This document shows, one piece after another, positions 63,527 to 64,000 of a DNA stretch of 64,000 bases. Made by a program: the position numbers and the translations under genes. Each line of letters starts with the position of its first letter. The first letter of the stretch is position 1. The stretch is from contig NC_135657.1 of NCBI RefSeq assembly GCF_964188315.1, positions 78,926,001 to 78,990,000 of the forward strand, given 5' to 3'. The notes below the pieces were generated by a model that was not told the DNA's origin, made no database searches, and was given only the letters and a program-made list of their open reading frames with translations. Source of the DNA: Podarcis muralis (taxonomy: Eukaryota).

Positions 63527-63693
63527 TTGCCCAACTTAACTAATTCTACTTTGTTATTAAAGGGCTTCTGTAGCTTTAAAAAGCCTTTCCTGGTTTGAAA
63601 AGACAGTTCTGCTTATGCAATCTTTGTGTGTGCTAGTGCTAGCTGAAAGCCTTGCCCTTTTGTAATTTGTTCTGTTGGATATTCCCCCCCCCC

Positions 63694-63696
<3 letters not shown>

Positions 63697-63729
<33 letters not shown>

Positions 63730-63738
63730 TATATATAT
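63697..63738. repeat. (TA)n microsatellite at the PLE end
   Basis: Seen directly. Confidence 0.95.
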
Positions 63739-64000
63739 GCAGGTTTTGGTGTCCTCGGGTGTCTTCCCGTGTAAAAGTTGGGGTGTCTAGGCGACGTTTC
63801 GACGAGGTCTCACTCGTCATCTTCAGGCTGGTGCTTTCGGCTTCTTGTTACTGGAACAGAGCAGGATCTCAGTGTTTGAGTTCCTATAAATAAATACTGA
63901 GGAGGTGTGGTGTATAGCCTCCAATGTTCTGGGCAGAGAGGAAGTTCCCAGGCTAGTGTGCCTTTTCTTCTTTTGTTCCTTAATTGCTTGAGGGATATCT
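63739..64000 (-). mobile_element. Penelope-like element 3' end / pseudo-LTR (runs off window)
   Basis: Minus strand CCTGAAGATG...CGAAACGTCG signature typical of PLE terminal repeats, ending ...GAGGACACCAAAACCTGCA against a (TA)n tract. Confidence 0.75.
63786..63832 (-). ncRNA. Minimal type I hammerhead-ribozyme motif
   Basis: Minus strand: CUGAAGA-U-GACGAG(UGAGAC)CUCGUC-GAAA-CG-UC. Core boxes intact, perfect 6-bp stem II, palindromic ACGU in place of stem III. Stem I is weak. Confidence 0.7.

Overview
Vertebrate, transposon-rich window with no host protein-coding exon I can support. It is squamate and probably lacertid, inferred from the Sauria SINEs, Squam3-type SINEs and (AAT)n-tailed L2 family. 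The only intact genes belong to a full-length L1-clade retrotransposon (~33587-39698; ORF1 350 aa, ORF2 1246 aa; poly(A); 16-17 bp TSD), inserted into an older LTR-like repeat. A second, 5'-truncated L1 of a sister subfamily lies at 58480-59395. Also present: four Sauria SINEs, several tRNA- and 5S-derived SINEs, L2 and CR1 fragments, mariner/Tigger and hAT MITEs, a decayed hAT-Tip100-type transposase with an internal deletion (46808-47787, minus), and four LTR-like repeats. A Penelope-like element end at the right edge carries a minimal hammerhead-ribozyme motif. Best leads: (1) splice signals in the L1 that could yield separate ORF1 and ORF2 mRNAs; (2) the hammerhead motif; (3) strong but non-coding splice and poly(A) signals suggesting an unannotated + strand transcript; (4) a fold-back 5' junction on an L2 insertion. 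Repeat family names come from remembered consensus motifs, not from a database search. Boundaries of old repeats are approximate.
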